A stretch of 64,000 bases of DNA, from positions 1,568,001 through 1,632,000 of the forward strand of contig OY761614.1 of assembly GCA_963664825.1 (NCBI GenBank). Direction: 5' to 3'. This stretch comes from an uncultured Holophaga sp. (GTDB lineage Bacteria > Acidobacteriota > Holophagae > Holophagales > Holophagaceae). Both the position numbers and the translations under genes were made by a program. The first letter of the stretch is position 1. The number at the start of each line of letters is the position of its first letter. Positions 55,611 through 64,000 of the stretch are shown here, piece after piece. The notes below the pieces were generated by a model, which saw nothing but the letters and a program-made list of their open reading frames with translations, did not search any database and had not been told where the DNA came from.

Positions 55611-56590
55611 AGGCCCGAACCGCCGGGCCCGTCCTGGTCTTTCTCGTCCTCACGGCCCTGGCCGCCCTGGCTTCGCTCGCCCTGGGGGACGCCCTCCTGC
55701 CTCCCCGGCAGCTCCTGGCCGCCCTCTGCGGTCGGGGGGATGACCTGGCGAGGACCGTACTCTGGGATATCAGAGTTCCCCGCACACTCGTGGGGCTGGC
55801 CGTGGGCGCGGGCCTGGGGGCCTCCGGCGCGGTCATGCAGGCCTTCTTCCGCAACCCACTGGCCAGCCCCGGCCTCCTGGGCGTCAGCAGCGGCGGCGCC
55901 CTGGGGGCCGTGGCGGCCATCACCCTCGGCAGCGGCGCCCTCAGCCTCTTCACGGTGCCGCTGGCATCGATCGCGGGCGCCTTCCTGGCCACTGGCGCCG
56001 TCATGCTCATGGCCCGGCGGGGCGCCTCCCCGGAGCATCTGCTCCTGGGGGGTGTTGCCCTGAACGCCCTCTTCGGCGCGGCCACCAGCTTCCTGGTGTT
56101 GATCTCCTCTACCAGCGTCCAGTCCAGCGGGCAGGTGATCTTCTGGCTCATGGGCGGCATCGAGAACCGCACCTGGGAACACGTCTGGATGGCGCTGCCC
56201 CTGATCCTGATCTCCTGCTTGGCTCTCCTGCCCCTGGGGCGTTCCATGAACCTCCTGGCCCTGGGCGAATCCGGCGCCCAGAGCCTGGGGGTGGATGTGC
56301 GGCGGCTCCGCTGGCAGCTGGTGGTGCTCTCCACAATCCTCACGGCCCTGGCCACGGCCGTGGGCGGCGTGGTGGGCTTTGTGGGCCTGGTGGTGCCCCA
56401 TCTCGTGCGGATGACCTTCGGCCCCGATCATCGCAGGCTGCTGCCCTTGTCCATGCTGGGCGGCGCCATCCTGGTGCTCGTCTGCGATCTGCCCACGCGC
56501 TTTCTGCCGGCAGGTGCGCGTTTGGGGGTCGTGACATCCCTGGTGGGAGGGCCCTTCCTGCTCTGGCTCCTGCGGAAGCGGCCATGCTGA
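55607..56590 (+). CDS. btuC: FecCD/BtuC-family permease
   Basis: IRVPRTL, FRNPLASPGLLGVSSGGALG, LGESGAQSLG and GFVGLVVPHLVR motifs. Confidence 0.85.
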   Translation: MKARTAGPVLVFLVLTALAALASLALGDALLPPRQLLAALCGRGDDLARTVLWDIRVPRTLVGLAVGAGLGASGAVMQAFFRNPLASPGLLGVSSGGALGAVAAITLGSGALSLFTVPLASIAGAFLATGAVMLMARRGASPEHLLLGGVALNALFGAATSFLVLISSTSVQSSGQVIFWLMGGIENRTWEHVWMALPLILISCLALLPLGRSMNLLALGESGAQSLGVDVRRLRWQLVVLSTILTALATAVGGVVGFVGLVVPHLVRMTFGPDHRRLLPLSMLGGAILVLVCDLPTRFLPAGARLGVVTSLVGGPFLLWLLRKRPC

Positions 56591-57294
56591 GCGCAACGGG
56601 ACTCACAGTGGACACGCGGCTGCTGGATATCCATCTGGAGGCCGGCCCCGGCGAGCACATCGCCATCCTGGGGCCCAATGGCGCCGGGAAATCCACCCTG
56701 CTCTCAGCCCTGGCGGGACTCCTCCCGGTGAGCGGACACGTGGCCTGGGAAGGACAGGAACTGTCCAGGATCCCCTTTCTTCAGCGGGGGCGCATGCTGG
56801 CCTGGCTGGGACAGGAGAGCCATGCGGAATTCGCCTTCTCCGTGCGGGATGTGGTGGCCCAGGGCCGCCACGCTTGGGGGGATGACGAGAGGGGGGCGGA
56901 GGAGGCCATGGCCCTTCTCGATATCACCCATCTGGCCACGCGGCCCATCACACAGCTCTCCGGAGGCGAGCGGCGCCGGGTCTTCCTGGCTCGGGCTCTG
57001 GCCACGGGAGCTCCTGTGCAGCTCTGGGACGAACCCGCCTCCAGCCTGGATGTGCGCCATGCCCTGGAGGTCTACGCCCTGGCACAGCGCTTGGCGGAGG
57101 GAGGTTCCACCCTCCTGGTGAGCCTCCACGATATCCGGGCCGCCTACCGCTTCAGCCGGGTGCTGGTCTTGGAGCGGGGCCGCCTGGTGGGGGATGGGCC
57201 CCCCCACGAAGTGCTCACCGCAGAGCTCATCCGGGATGTCTTTCGCGTGGAGGCCCGCTTCGTCACCTCCCTGGTGCCGGAACTGCCCCGCTGA
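56584..57294 (+). CDS. btuD: Cobalamin/iron-chelate ABC ATPase
   Basis: GPNGAGKST, LSGGERRR and DEP motifs. Confidence 0.8.
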   Translation: MLSATGLTVDTRLLDIHLEAGPGEHIAILGPNGAGKSTLLSALAGLLPVSGHVAWEGQELSRIPFLQRGRMLAWLGQESHAEFAFSVRDVVAQGRHAWGDDERGAEEAMALLDITHLATRPITQLSGGERRRVFLARALATGAPVQLWDEPASSLDVRHALEVYALAQRLAEGGSTLLVSLHDIRAAYRFSRVLVLERGRLVGDGPPHEVLTAELIRDVFRVEARFVTSLVPELPR

Positions 57295-57351
57295 AGACCC
57301 ATGGCCTCGCCCTGTCGACGGGCTGGTGGATCCTCACCGTTTTCCCCAGTC

Positions 57352-57957
57352 TCACCTCTGGAACTGTCGGATGTAGGTGGCCACGCCTCCCAGCAGCATC
57401 TCCACCGAAATTGCCGTGAGGACCAGGCCCATGAGGCGCTCCAGCGCCGTGATGGCCTGCTTGCCCAGCATCTTCTGCAGGCGGGTGGAAACGGAAAATA
57501 CGATTGCCGTGACGAGCATGGAGAGGCTCAGGGCGCCGATCCATTCGAACATCCGTCCCGGCTCTCGGCTGGAGAGGAGCAGCACCGTGGCCATGGCCGA
57601 GGGGCCGGCGATCAGCGGGATGGCGATGGGCACGATGAAGGGTTCTCCCACGTTCTCGTCATCGCCCAGGCGCAGGCCATGTTCGGGGAAGATCATCCGG
57701 ATGGCGATGAGGAGCAGGATCACACCTCCGGCCACCCGCAGGGCCTCGTCCGTGAGATGGAGCACGGAGAGAAAATGCTTTCCGAACACCATGAAGAGCA
57801 GGAGCGCGGCAAAGGCGATCAGGACCTCCCGGCAGATAACCAAGCGCCGACGCTCCGGCCGGACCTGCTGGAGGGCGGAGATGAACAGGGGGATATTCCC
57901 CAGGGGATCGGTGATGAGGATCAGGAGGATGGTCGCGGAGAGGAAGGAGGTTTCCAT
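57352..57957 (-). CDS. MarC family (YhgN/NAAT) membrane protein
   Basis: DPLGNIPLF, IVPIAIPLIAGP and LERLMGLVL motifs. Confidence 0.88.
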   Translation of the reverse strand: METSFLSATILLILITDPLGNIPLFISALQQVRPERRRLVICREVLIAFAALLLFMVFGKHFLSVLHLTDEALRVAGGVILLLIAIRMIFPEHGLRLGDDENVGEPFIVPIAIPLIAGPSAMATVLLLSSREPGRMFEWIGALSLSMLVTAIVFSVSTRLQKMLGKQAITALERLMGLVLTAISVEMLLGGVATYIRQFQR

Positions 57958-58000
57958 GCCCCCATCATGAGGCATCGCGCCGAGTCCCGGGTGATGGCCC

Positions 58001-58882
58001 TTACTTCACCTGGATCGAGACCATGCCGCCATTGGGGGCCAGGAGAGTGGCGTGGTCCTCGATGATCCCGGCCAGGGTGAAATCCTCCGTCACCCCTGTG
58101 GGGAGGAATTCGAGCGTCGATGCCGCAAAATCCATCCGGGCCAGCACCAGCCCCTTCTGATCCAAGCCTGCCACCGCGGAGGCTGGGAGGGCGCTGAAAG
58201 CCACGCTCTTGCCCCACCACCAGACCACAGGCCCCCGATCCCGTTCGCCCAGGGAAATGCGCGGCGGCATTCCGTCATGGTGGGTGAAGATCACCTGGCC
58301 CAGGAGGCTTCCCTTCTTGCCGTCCAGAACGGTGGCCAGTAGATCCTCCTTGCTGATCAAGACGAGATTGGATTCGTCGTTCCGGAGAATGCGGTGCAGC
58401 ACCCGGGAGGTGAGTTCCCCCTTCTTGGGTTTCTTCCCGAAGGTCCACACCACCGAGCCGCTCTTGATGTCCCTGCGCTCGACGAAGGGAGTGAGGGTGC
58501 GGTAGGAGATCGCGATGCCATTGGGGGGGAGGAAATCCGCATCCGCGACTTCCGCGGGCAGATTGGCGGTGTGCATGACTTGGCCTGTCTTGCTGATCTG
58601 CTTCAGGGTCGTCCCGGCCATGATCCAGATGTATTCATCATCGACGACCCAACGTTCGGGCACCATCTCGGCCTTGCGGAGGTCCACCCTGGCGGTGACT
58701 CCGCCATCCTTCATCCAGGTGACCAGCTGTTTGGTCGAGGGATCATAGAAGATCGCTGATCCCGTGGCATCGAAACGGGCCCATCCCTTGGCCAGTCTGC
58801 CGGCGTCCCAATCCTGGGCCCGGGCGACAACTCCAGGCAGCGTCACGGCGAGTATGGCGAATAGACCGATTCTGGTGAACAT
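58001..58882 (-). CDS. Exported hypothetical protein, probably beta-propeller-like
   Basis: Signal peptide (ARA-Q), RBS AGGAG, repeated beta-hairpin units (DPSTKQ, SKTGQV, DIKSGSVVW, DGKKGSLL). Confidence 0.65.
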   Translation of the reverse strand: MFTRIGLFAILAVTLPGVVARAQDWDAGRLAKGWARFDATGSAIFYDPSTKQLVTWMKDGGVTARVDLRKAEMVPERWVVDDEYIWIMAGTTLKQISKTGQVMHTANLPAEVADADFLPPNGIAISYRTLTPFVERRDIKSGSVVWTFGKKPKKGELTSRVLHRILRNDESNLVLISKEDLLATVLDGKKGSLLGQVIFTHHDGMPPRISLGERDRGPVVWWWGKSVAFSALPASAVAGLDQKGLVLARMDFAASTLEFLPTGVTEDFTLAGIIEDHATLLAPNGGMVSIQVK

Positions 58883-59004
58883 GGGCTCTCCTTGCGGACA
58901 AGGATGGAAGGTCAGCCGAGGGATGAGAAAAAGCGTATTAACCTGACTTTATACAATTGTCGACAGGTGGACAAGAAGGAATGAACCTTTTTTCTTTGAA
59001 AAGC

Positions 59005-60927
59005 TCAAGGTGTGCCTCGGAGTCTCTGGCTGAAAGCGGTGATCCGTCGGAAGAGCCCCTCGGGGCTGAGGCCCTCATCGTCCAGGATCCTTTTGGTATC
59101 CCCATGCTGCACGATCTTGTCCGGGACGGCACAGCACAGCCAGGGCTTCACCTGTTCGGCTCGGCCCAGGGCCTCGGCCACAGCGGCGCCGAATCCGCCG
59201 GGTCCGCAGCCTTCCTCCAGGGTCACCACGCCTCGAGTCTCCCGGGCCCAGTGGGCGATCAAGCCCTCGTCCAGGGGCTTCACAAAACGGGCATTGATGA
59301 CGGCACAGGAAAGGCCTTCCTCCCCTTGGAGTCGCTCGGCCAGGGCCTGGGCTGGGGCGACCATGCTGCCGAGGGCGACGATCAGGAGATCGCTGCCCTC
59401 CCGCAGTAGTTCGGCCTTTCCGATGGGCAGGGGCGTGATGGGATCCTCTAGGGAAACCCCCAGCCCGTTGCCGCGGGGGTAGCGCAAGGCCGCGGGCCCG
59501 TTGCAGTAGAGGGCCGTCAAGAGCATCCGCCGAAGTTCGTTCTCGTCCTTGGGGGCCATGAGGACCATATTGGGCATGCAGCGCAGGAAGGCCAAATCAT
59601 AGAGCCCGTGGTGAGTGGGGCCATCGGCGCCGACGATGCCGGCCCGGTCCAGGGCGAAGGTGACCGGCAGGTTCTGGAGGCATACATCATGGAGGACCTG
59701 ATCGAAGCCCCGCTGGAGGAAGGTGCTGTAGATGGCGCAGACCGGGCGCATGCCCTGCACTGCTAGCCCCGCCGCGAAGGTCACGGCGTGCTGTTCGGCG
59801 ATGCCCACATCGAAACAGCGTTCGGGGAAGGCCTTCTGTAGGAGATTGAGTCCCGTGCCATCGAGCATCGCCGCCGTGATGCCGACGATCTTGTCGTCCT
59901 GCCGAGCCAGATCCACCAGGGTGGAGCCGAAGACCTGCGTGTAACTGGGCGCAAGGGGCTTGGAGGGATCGGCCTTGATCATCTCCCCGGCTTCGGCGTC
60001 GAAGGCCGTCACGCCATGCCACTTCTTGGGGTCATTCTCCGCAGGCTTGTAGCCGTAGCCCTTCTGGGTCTGCACATGAAGGAGGACGGGGCCCTCCTTC
60101 ATGCGCTCCTGGGCCTCGGTGAGGGCCTTCAGGAGGGCGCCCATATCGTGGCCCTTCACGGGCCCCATGTAGCAGAACCCGAGATCCTCGAAGAGCAGGC
60201 CCGGTACCGCGATGCGCTTGAAGGACTCCTCGCTCCATTTGGCGGCCTTGGCCAGGCGCAGGCTCACGCTCTGGACGGGGATGGCCTTGATGGCCCCCTC
60301 GATGCGATCCCGCCAGCGCTTGTAATACTGGCCGGAGATCATCTGGTTGAGGTAGCCCTGGAGGGAACCCACATTGGGGTTGATGGCCATATCGTTGTCG
60401 TTGAGGATCACCATGAACTTCCGGGGTTCCAGGTAGCCGGTCTGGTTGAGGCCCTCGAAGGCCATGCCCGCCGTCATGGAACCGTCCCCGATGACGGCGA
60501 TGCTGGTGAAGTCCTGCTTCTGGAGATCCCGGGCCATGGCCATGCCCAGGGCCGCGGAGATGCTGGTGCTCGCGTGCCCGGCCCCGAAGTGGTCATAGGG
60601 ACTTTCCTCCCGCTTCAGGAAGCCGGAGAGCCCATCGTGCTGGCGCAGGGTGGGGAAGCGATCCTTGCGGCCAGTGAGAATCTTGTGGGGGTAGGACTGA
60701 TGGCCCACATCCCAGACGATCCGGTCCACCAGGAAATCGAAGTGATGGAAGAGGGCCACCGTGAGTTCGACGACGCCCAAGTTGGAGCTGAAATGCCCTC
60801 CGGTCTCGCTGACGGAATCGATGAGGAAGCCGCGTACTTCACTGGCGAGTTGCTCGAGCTGTCCAAGGGAGAAATGCCGAATCTGCTGAGGTGCGGTGAG
60901 GGAATCGAGAAGAGGATGGGAACTCAC
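59005..60927 (-). CDS. dxs: 1-deoxy-D-xylulose-5-phosphate synthase
   Basis: GGHFSSNLGVVELT, WDVGHQSYPHK, IGDG...NDN, DVGIAEQHA and DGPTHHG motifs. Confidence 0.96.
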   Translation of the reverse strand: MSSHPLLDSLTAPQQIRHFSLGQLEQLASEVRGFLIDSVSETGGHFSSNLGVVELTVALFHHFDFLVDRIVWDVGHQSYPHKILTGRKDRFPTLRQHDGLSGFLKREESPYDHFGAGHASTSISAALGMAMARDLQKQDFTSIAVIGDGSMTAGMAFEGLNQTGYLEPRKFMVILNDNDMAINPNVGSLQGYLNQMISGQYYKRWRDRIEGAIKAIPVQSVSLRLAKAAKWSEESFKRIAVPGLLFEDLGFCYMGPVKGHDMGALLKALTEAQERMKEGPVLLHVQTQKGYGYKPAENDPKKWHGVTAFDAEAGEMIKADPSKPLAPSYTQVFGSTLVDLARQDDKIVGITAAMLDGTGLNLLQKAFPERCFDVGIAEQHAVTFAAGLAVQGMRPVCAIYSTFLQRGFDQVLHDVCLQNLPVTFALDRAGIVGADGPTHHGLYDLAFLRCMPNMVLMAPKDENELRRMLLTALYCNGPAALRYPRGNGLGVSLEDPITPLPIGKAELLREGSDLLIVALGSMVAPAQALAERLQGEEGLSCAVINARFVKPLDEGLIAHWARETRGVVTLEEGCGPGGFGAAVAEALGRAEQVKPWLCCAVPDKIVQHGDTKRILDDEGLSPEGLFRRITAFSQRLRGTP

Positions 60928-61829
60928 GCCCTGCGCTCCGCCAAGAATTGCGCCCAGGCCACCAGGGAACGCGGGTTTGGAAGGGACTGAAGCTGTTCGA
61001 TGGCCCGCTGCGTGGCCTCCTGGAGGGCCGCGCGGGCGCCGTCCAGGCCCAGCAGCAGAGGATAGGTGATTTTCCCCTTCCCTGCGTCCTTGCCCACGCG
61101 TTTGCCCATCTGCTCGGCGGTGCTGGTGGCATCCAGGATGTCATCCTGGATCTGGAAGGCGAGGCCCAGGGCGGCTCCCCCCTCCCTCAGCGTGCTCTGG
61201 TGCGCGGGGGTGGCTCCGGCGGCCGCCCCGCCCAATTCGAGGGAGGCCCGCAGAAGGGCGCCGGTCTTGAGGCGATGGATGAGTTGGAGGTGATCCAGGT
61301 CGTAGGGCTCTCCGTTCCGGGTCCGCTCCTCCCCCTCGAGATCAAGGGATTGGCCAGCCACCATGCCGCGCCAGCCGGCGGCTTCCGAGAGGAGGCGCGC
61401 CGCCAGAAGCCGCCGTTCGGCCGGGAGAGCCTCATCGCCGAGAAGGATGGCGAAGGCTTCCGTGAGCAGGCCATCCCCGGCCAGGATGGCCTGGCCTTCG
61501 CCGAAGGCCACGTGGCAGGTGGGTTTTCCGCGTCGCAGATCGTCATCGTCCATGGCGGGCAGATCGTCATGGATGAGGGAATAGGTGTGGATGTATTCCA
61601 GGGCTGTGGCGCAGGAAAGGGCGGTTTGGGGGGGGCAGCCGAGGGATTCGGCGGCCAGCATGCAGATTACCGGGCGGACGCGCTTGCCCCCCGCCTCCAG
61701 GCTATAGCGCATGGCTTCGCCGACCCGCGGCGCTTCTCCGGCGCGCAGTGAATCCAGGAGCCGTGTCTTCAGCAGGGGCACGAGACGATCCAGATCTTTT
61801 CGGACTTGGTCTGAGGAATCGAGGTTCAC
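60924..61829 (-). CDS. ispA: Farnesyl/geranyl diphosphate synthase
   Basis: GGKRVRP, SLIHDDLPAMDDDDLRRG and FQIQDDILD motifs. Confidence 0.93.
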   Translation of the reverse strand: MNLDSSDQVRKDLDRLVPLLKTRLLDSLRAGEAPRVGEAMRYSLEAGGKRVRPVICMLAAESLGCPPQTALSCATALEYIHTYSLIHDDLPAMDDDDLRRGKPTCHVAFGEGQAILAGDGLLTEAFAILLGDEALPAERRLLAARLLSEAAGWRGMVAGQSLDLEGEERTRNGEPYDLDHLQLIHRLKTGALLRASLELGGAAAGATPAHQSTLREGGAALGLAFQIQDDILDATSTAEQMGKRVGKDAGKGKITYPLLLGLDGARAALQEATQRAIEQLQSLPNPRSLVAWAQFLAERRA

Positions 61830-62065
61830 GGGTTGGGTCCCTCCAGGGGCTCCGCTCGGTATTCGCCACCCAGGCTCTGCTTCAGGACCTCCACCCTCCG
61901 GTGGGCGTCCGCGAGCTGCTGTTGGAGTTCCTTACTGAGTTGGATGCCTTCTTCGAAGCGCCTCAGCGCCTCTTCCAAGCAGAGACCGCCCCCCTCGAGC
62001 TGCTGGACGAGGGCTTCGAGACGGTCGAGGCCATCGTCGAAGGAAGGGGAAGTCGGTGTTGCCAT
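61826..62065 (-). CDS. xseB: Exodeoxyribonuclease VII small subunit
   Basis: SFDDGLDRLEALVQQLEGG...LEEALRRFEEG; conserved xseB-ispA-dxs order. Confidence 0.9.
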   Translation of the reverse strand: MATPTSPSFDDGLDRLEALVQQLEGGGLCLEEALRRFEEGIQLSKELQQQLADAHRRVEVLKQSLGGEYRAEPLEGPNP

Positions 62066-62310
62066 GGGTCTCATTGTAGGTGAAAGGGCCTCCAGGGATC
62101 CCCTTTCCATGCAGGAATGGGCCTTTCCCTTTATTGTTGTGGGTGATGGTGAGGTCTCCCGCACGGAGTGCAGGGCGGTGAGGCCTGGGGCCAAAAGGAG
62201 TCTTGTTGCTTTTTTCATGTAACCATCCTGGGTCTACAGGATGAATCTCGCGCCTTGGAAGTGATGGCATCCCGATCATCCTGAAGTAGGCTTGTAAAAA
62301 AGGTGGAAGC

Positions 62311-63735
62311 ATGACCCGTGTGCTGGTGGTGGACGATAGCCGTGAGACCTGCGATCTCCTGGAGCTCCTGTTGAGCAAGGAAGAAGTGGGGATGGACCTG
62401 GAAGTCGTGAAGGCCACCCGCCCGGAAGAAGCCCTCGAACTGCTGCGGGGCGGCAACTTCGATCTGATGCTCTCCGATATCAACCTCGAGGCCAGCCTGG
62501 ATGGGGTGGATCTCTTGCGCGCCGCCAAGCCCCTGGGCGTCGAGACGATCCTGCTCACGGGCTTTGGCACCCTGGAAAAGGCCCTGGAGGCCGTTCGAGA
62601 GGGGGCCTTCGATTTTATCTCCAAGCCCTGGAACAACGAGGAACTCAAGACGCTCGTCAAGCGGGCGATCGTGCGCAAGGACGGGCATCGCGCCCCGGAG
62701 TCCGCGCCCCAGCTACCCCGCAGCGTGATGATCGGCTCGAGCCCCAAGATGATGGATGTCTACCGCACCATTGCTTCGCTGCAGAACAGCCGGACCACAG
62801 TCCTGATCGTGGGGGAGAGTGGCACAGGCAAGGAACTCGTGGCTCGCACCATCCACACCAGCAGTGATCGTCGGGATCATCCCTTTGTGGCCATCAATTG
62901 CGGCGCCATGACCGAGACGCTTCTGGAATCCGAACTCTTCGGTCATGCCAAGGGCTCGTTCACGGGGGCCATCAGTGACAAGAAGGGCCTCTTCGAGGAA
63001 GCCACCGGAGGCACCATCCTGCTCGACGAGATCGGTGAGACCTCCCCCAGCTTCCAGGTGCGCCTGCTGCGCGTGCTCCAGGAGCAGGAGGTCCGCCGGG
63101 TGGGCAGCAACAAGACCATCAAGGTGGATGTGCGCATTATCGCCGCCACGAATCGGGATCTGGCGGGGATGGTGAAGGCCGGCACCTTCCGGGAGGATCT
63201 CTACTATCGTCTGAGCGTGGTGGAGATCCGCGTTCCCCCCGTGCGCGAGCGTTGGTCCAGGGACGAGAACAGCGGCAAGATCATCTCGGATGTGCCCCTG
63301 CTGCTGAACCATTTCCTGACGGAGAGCAATCAGCGGGATTCCCAGAACTATTCGATCCGTGCCGATGCGCGGCAGATGCTCGAACGGTATAGCTGGCCGG
63401 GCAATGTTCGCGAAATGGCCAATGTCATCGAACACCTGACGCAATTGAGTCGGGGGCGCGAAATTACGCCGGAAGATTTCTCCGACAAGATCAAGGAGGA
63501 GCTGCGGGCCCACCCCGTGGAACTGCCCCACGCTCCTACGCCCCTCCTGGAACTCATTGAGGGCTGGGATCACCTACCCACCCTCGAGGAGCTGGAGCGC
63601 CGGTATATCCAGGTGCTTCTCAAACACCAACATAAGAAGAGCAGGATTGCGGAAATCCTCGGCAAGGACCGGACCACCCTCTACCGGAAATTGCGGGATC
63701 TGGGCTTGGGGGACGGGGCCGAGGAAGGGGTTTAA
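62311..63735 (+). CDS. Sigma54-dependent response regulator (NtrC/AtoC family)
   Basis: Receiver (VVDD, LSDINL), GESGTGKE, ESELFGH..GSFTGA, LDEIGE, FREDLYYRL, WPGNVRE and a Fis-type HTH. Confidence 0.93.
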   Translation: MTRVLVVDDSRETCDLLELLLSKEEVGMDLEVVKATRPEEALELLRGGNFDLMLSDINLEASLDGVDLLRAAKPLGVETILLTGFGTLEKALEAVREGAFDFISKPWNNEELKTLVKRAIVRKDGHRAPESAPQLPRSVMIGSSPKMMDVYRTIASLQNSRTTVLIVGESGTGKELVARTIHTSSDRRDHPFVAINCGAMTETLLESELFGHAKGSFTGAISDKKGLFEEATGGTILLDEIGETSPSFQVRLLRVLQEQEVRRVGSNKTIKVDVRIIAATNRDLAGMVKAGTFREDLYYRLSVVEIRVPPVRERWSRDENSGKIISDVPLLLNHFLTESNQRDSQNYSIRADARQMLERYSWPGNVREMANVIEHLTQLSRGREITPEDFSDKIKEELRAHPVELPHAPTPLLELIEGWDHLPTLEELERRYIQVLLKHQHKKSRIAEILGKDRTTLYRKLRDLGLGDGAEEGV

Positions 63736-63739
63736 GGTT

Positions 63740-63842
63740 TGTTGCGATTTGCATCCTGTGGCATTTTCCAACAGGAACTGGATCGGACCGGCCAAGCGAA
63801 GCTCTTCTTTTCCAATAAATACAAATTGGCCCCAAACGTGCT
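63740..63842 (+). promoter_or_regulatory. Sigma54 promoter with upstream enhancer-like sites
   Basis: TGTTGCGATTTGCATC and TGTGGCATTTTCCAACA (TGT-N11-ACA), an AT-rich tract, then TGGC-CCCAAACG-TGC (GG-N10-GC) at 63827-63841. Confidence 0.6.
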
Positions 63843-63891
63843 ACACCCAGACCGTCATCCGGCCGTGCCGGAATTCCAATAGGGAGAGTCC

Positions 63892-64000
63892 ATGAACAAG
63901 CTTGCCGCTCTGCTGGTGGCCGCTGCGCTGATCAGTCCTGCGTTCGCCCAGGAGAAGAAGGCTGAGCCTAAGAAGGCTGAGGCTACCAAGGTCGAGACCA
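63892..64000 (+). CDS. Small exported Lys/Ala/Glu-rich protein (partial)
   Basis: RBS GGGAG; MNKLAALLVAAALISPAFA-QEKKAEPKKAE; runs off the window edge. Confidence 0.7.
   Translation, partial: MNKLAALLVAAALISPAFAQEKKAEPKKAEATKVET

Overview
A GC-rich chromosomal window, probably from an anaerobic Acidobacteriota bacterium of the Holophagae type (Geothrix/Holophaga-like); this is inferred from gene content and style and is not proven. Most of it is housekeeping. It carries a complete minus-strand heme pathway (hemA-C-D-B-L-E-N-H-Y) interrupted by an orphan [FeFe]-hydrogenase maturase pair (TM1266-hydG) and several hypothetical genes. It also has moaA, a PAS-GGDEF-EAL protein, HU/IHF, iscS-mnmA-dCMP deaminase-HNH-speB, a secreted RNase/barstar pair, tRNA-Gln(CTG), prs, murA, two cobalamin-riboswitch-controlled B12 loci (cobTSC and btuBFCD), xseB-ispA-dxs and a sigma54 activator. 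Best leads: (1) a Pst-like ABC transporter whose binding protein lacks the canonical phosphate-liganding Ser/Thr residues, followed 7 bp later by cysD-cysNC and a convergent sulfotransferase, which may be a sulfate-import/PAPS/sulfation system; (2) a translationally coupled operon with two FHA-GGDEF cyclases, a Ser/Thr kinase and two unknown proteins; (3) hydG without hydA/E/F inside the heme cluster; (4) structured intergenic repeats, including a diverged duplicate of the cobC 3' end; (5) recurrent leaderless-type promoters. No CRISPR-cas locus, integrase, transposase or prophage was recognised. All calls come from reading motifs by eye; no database searches were run.
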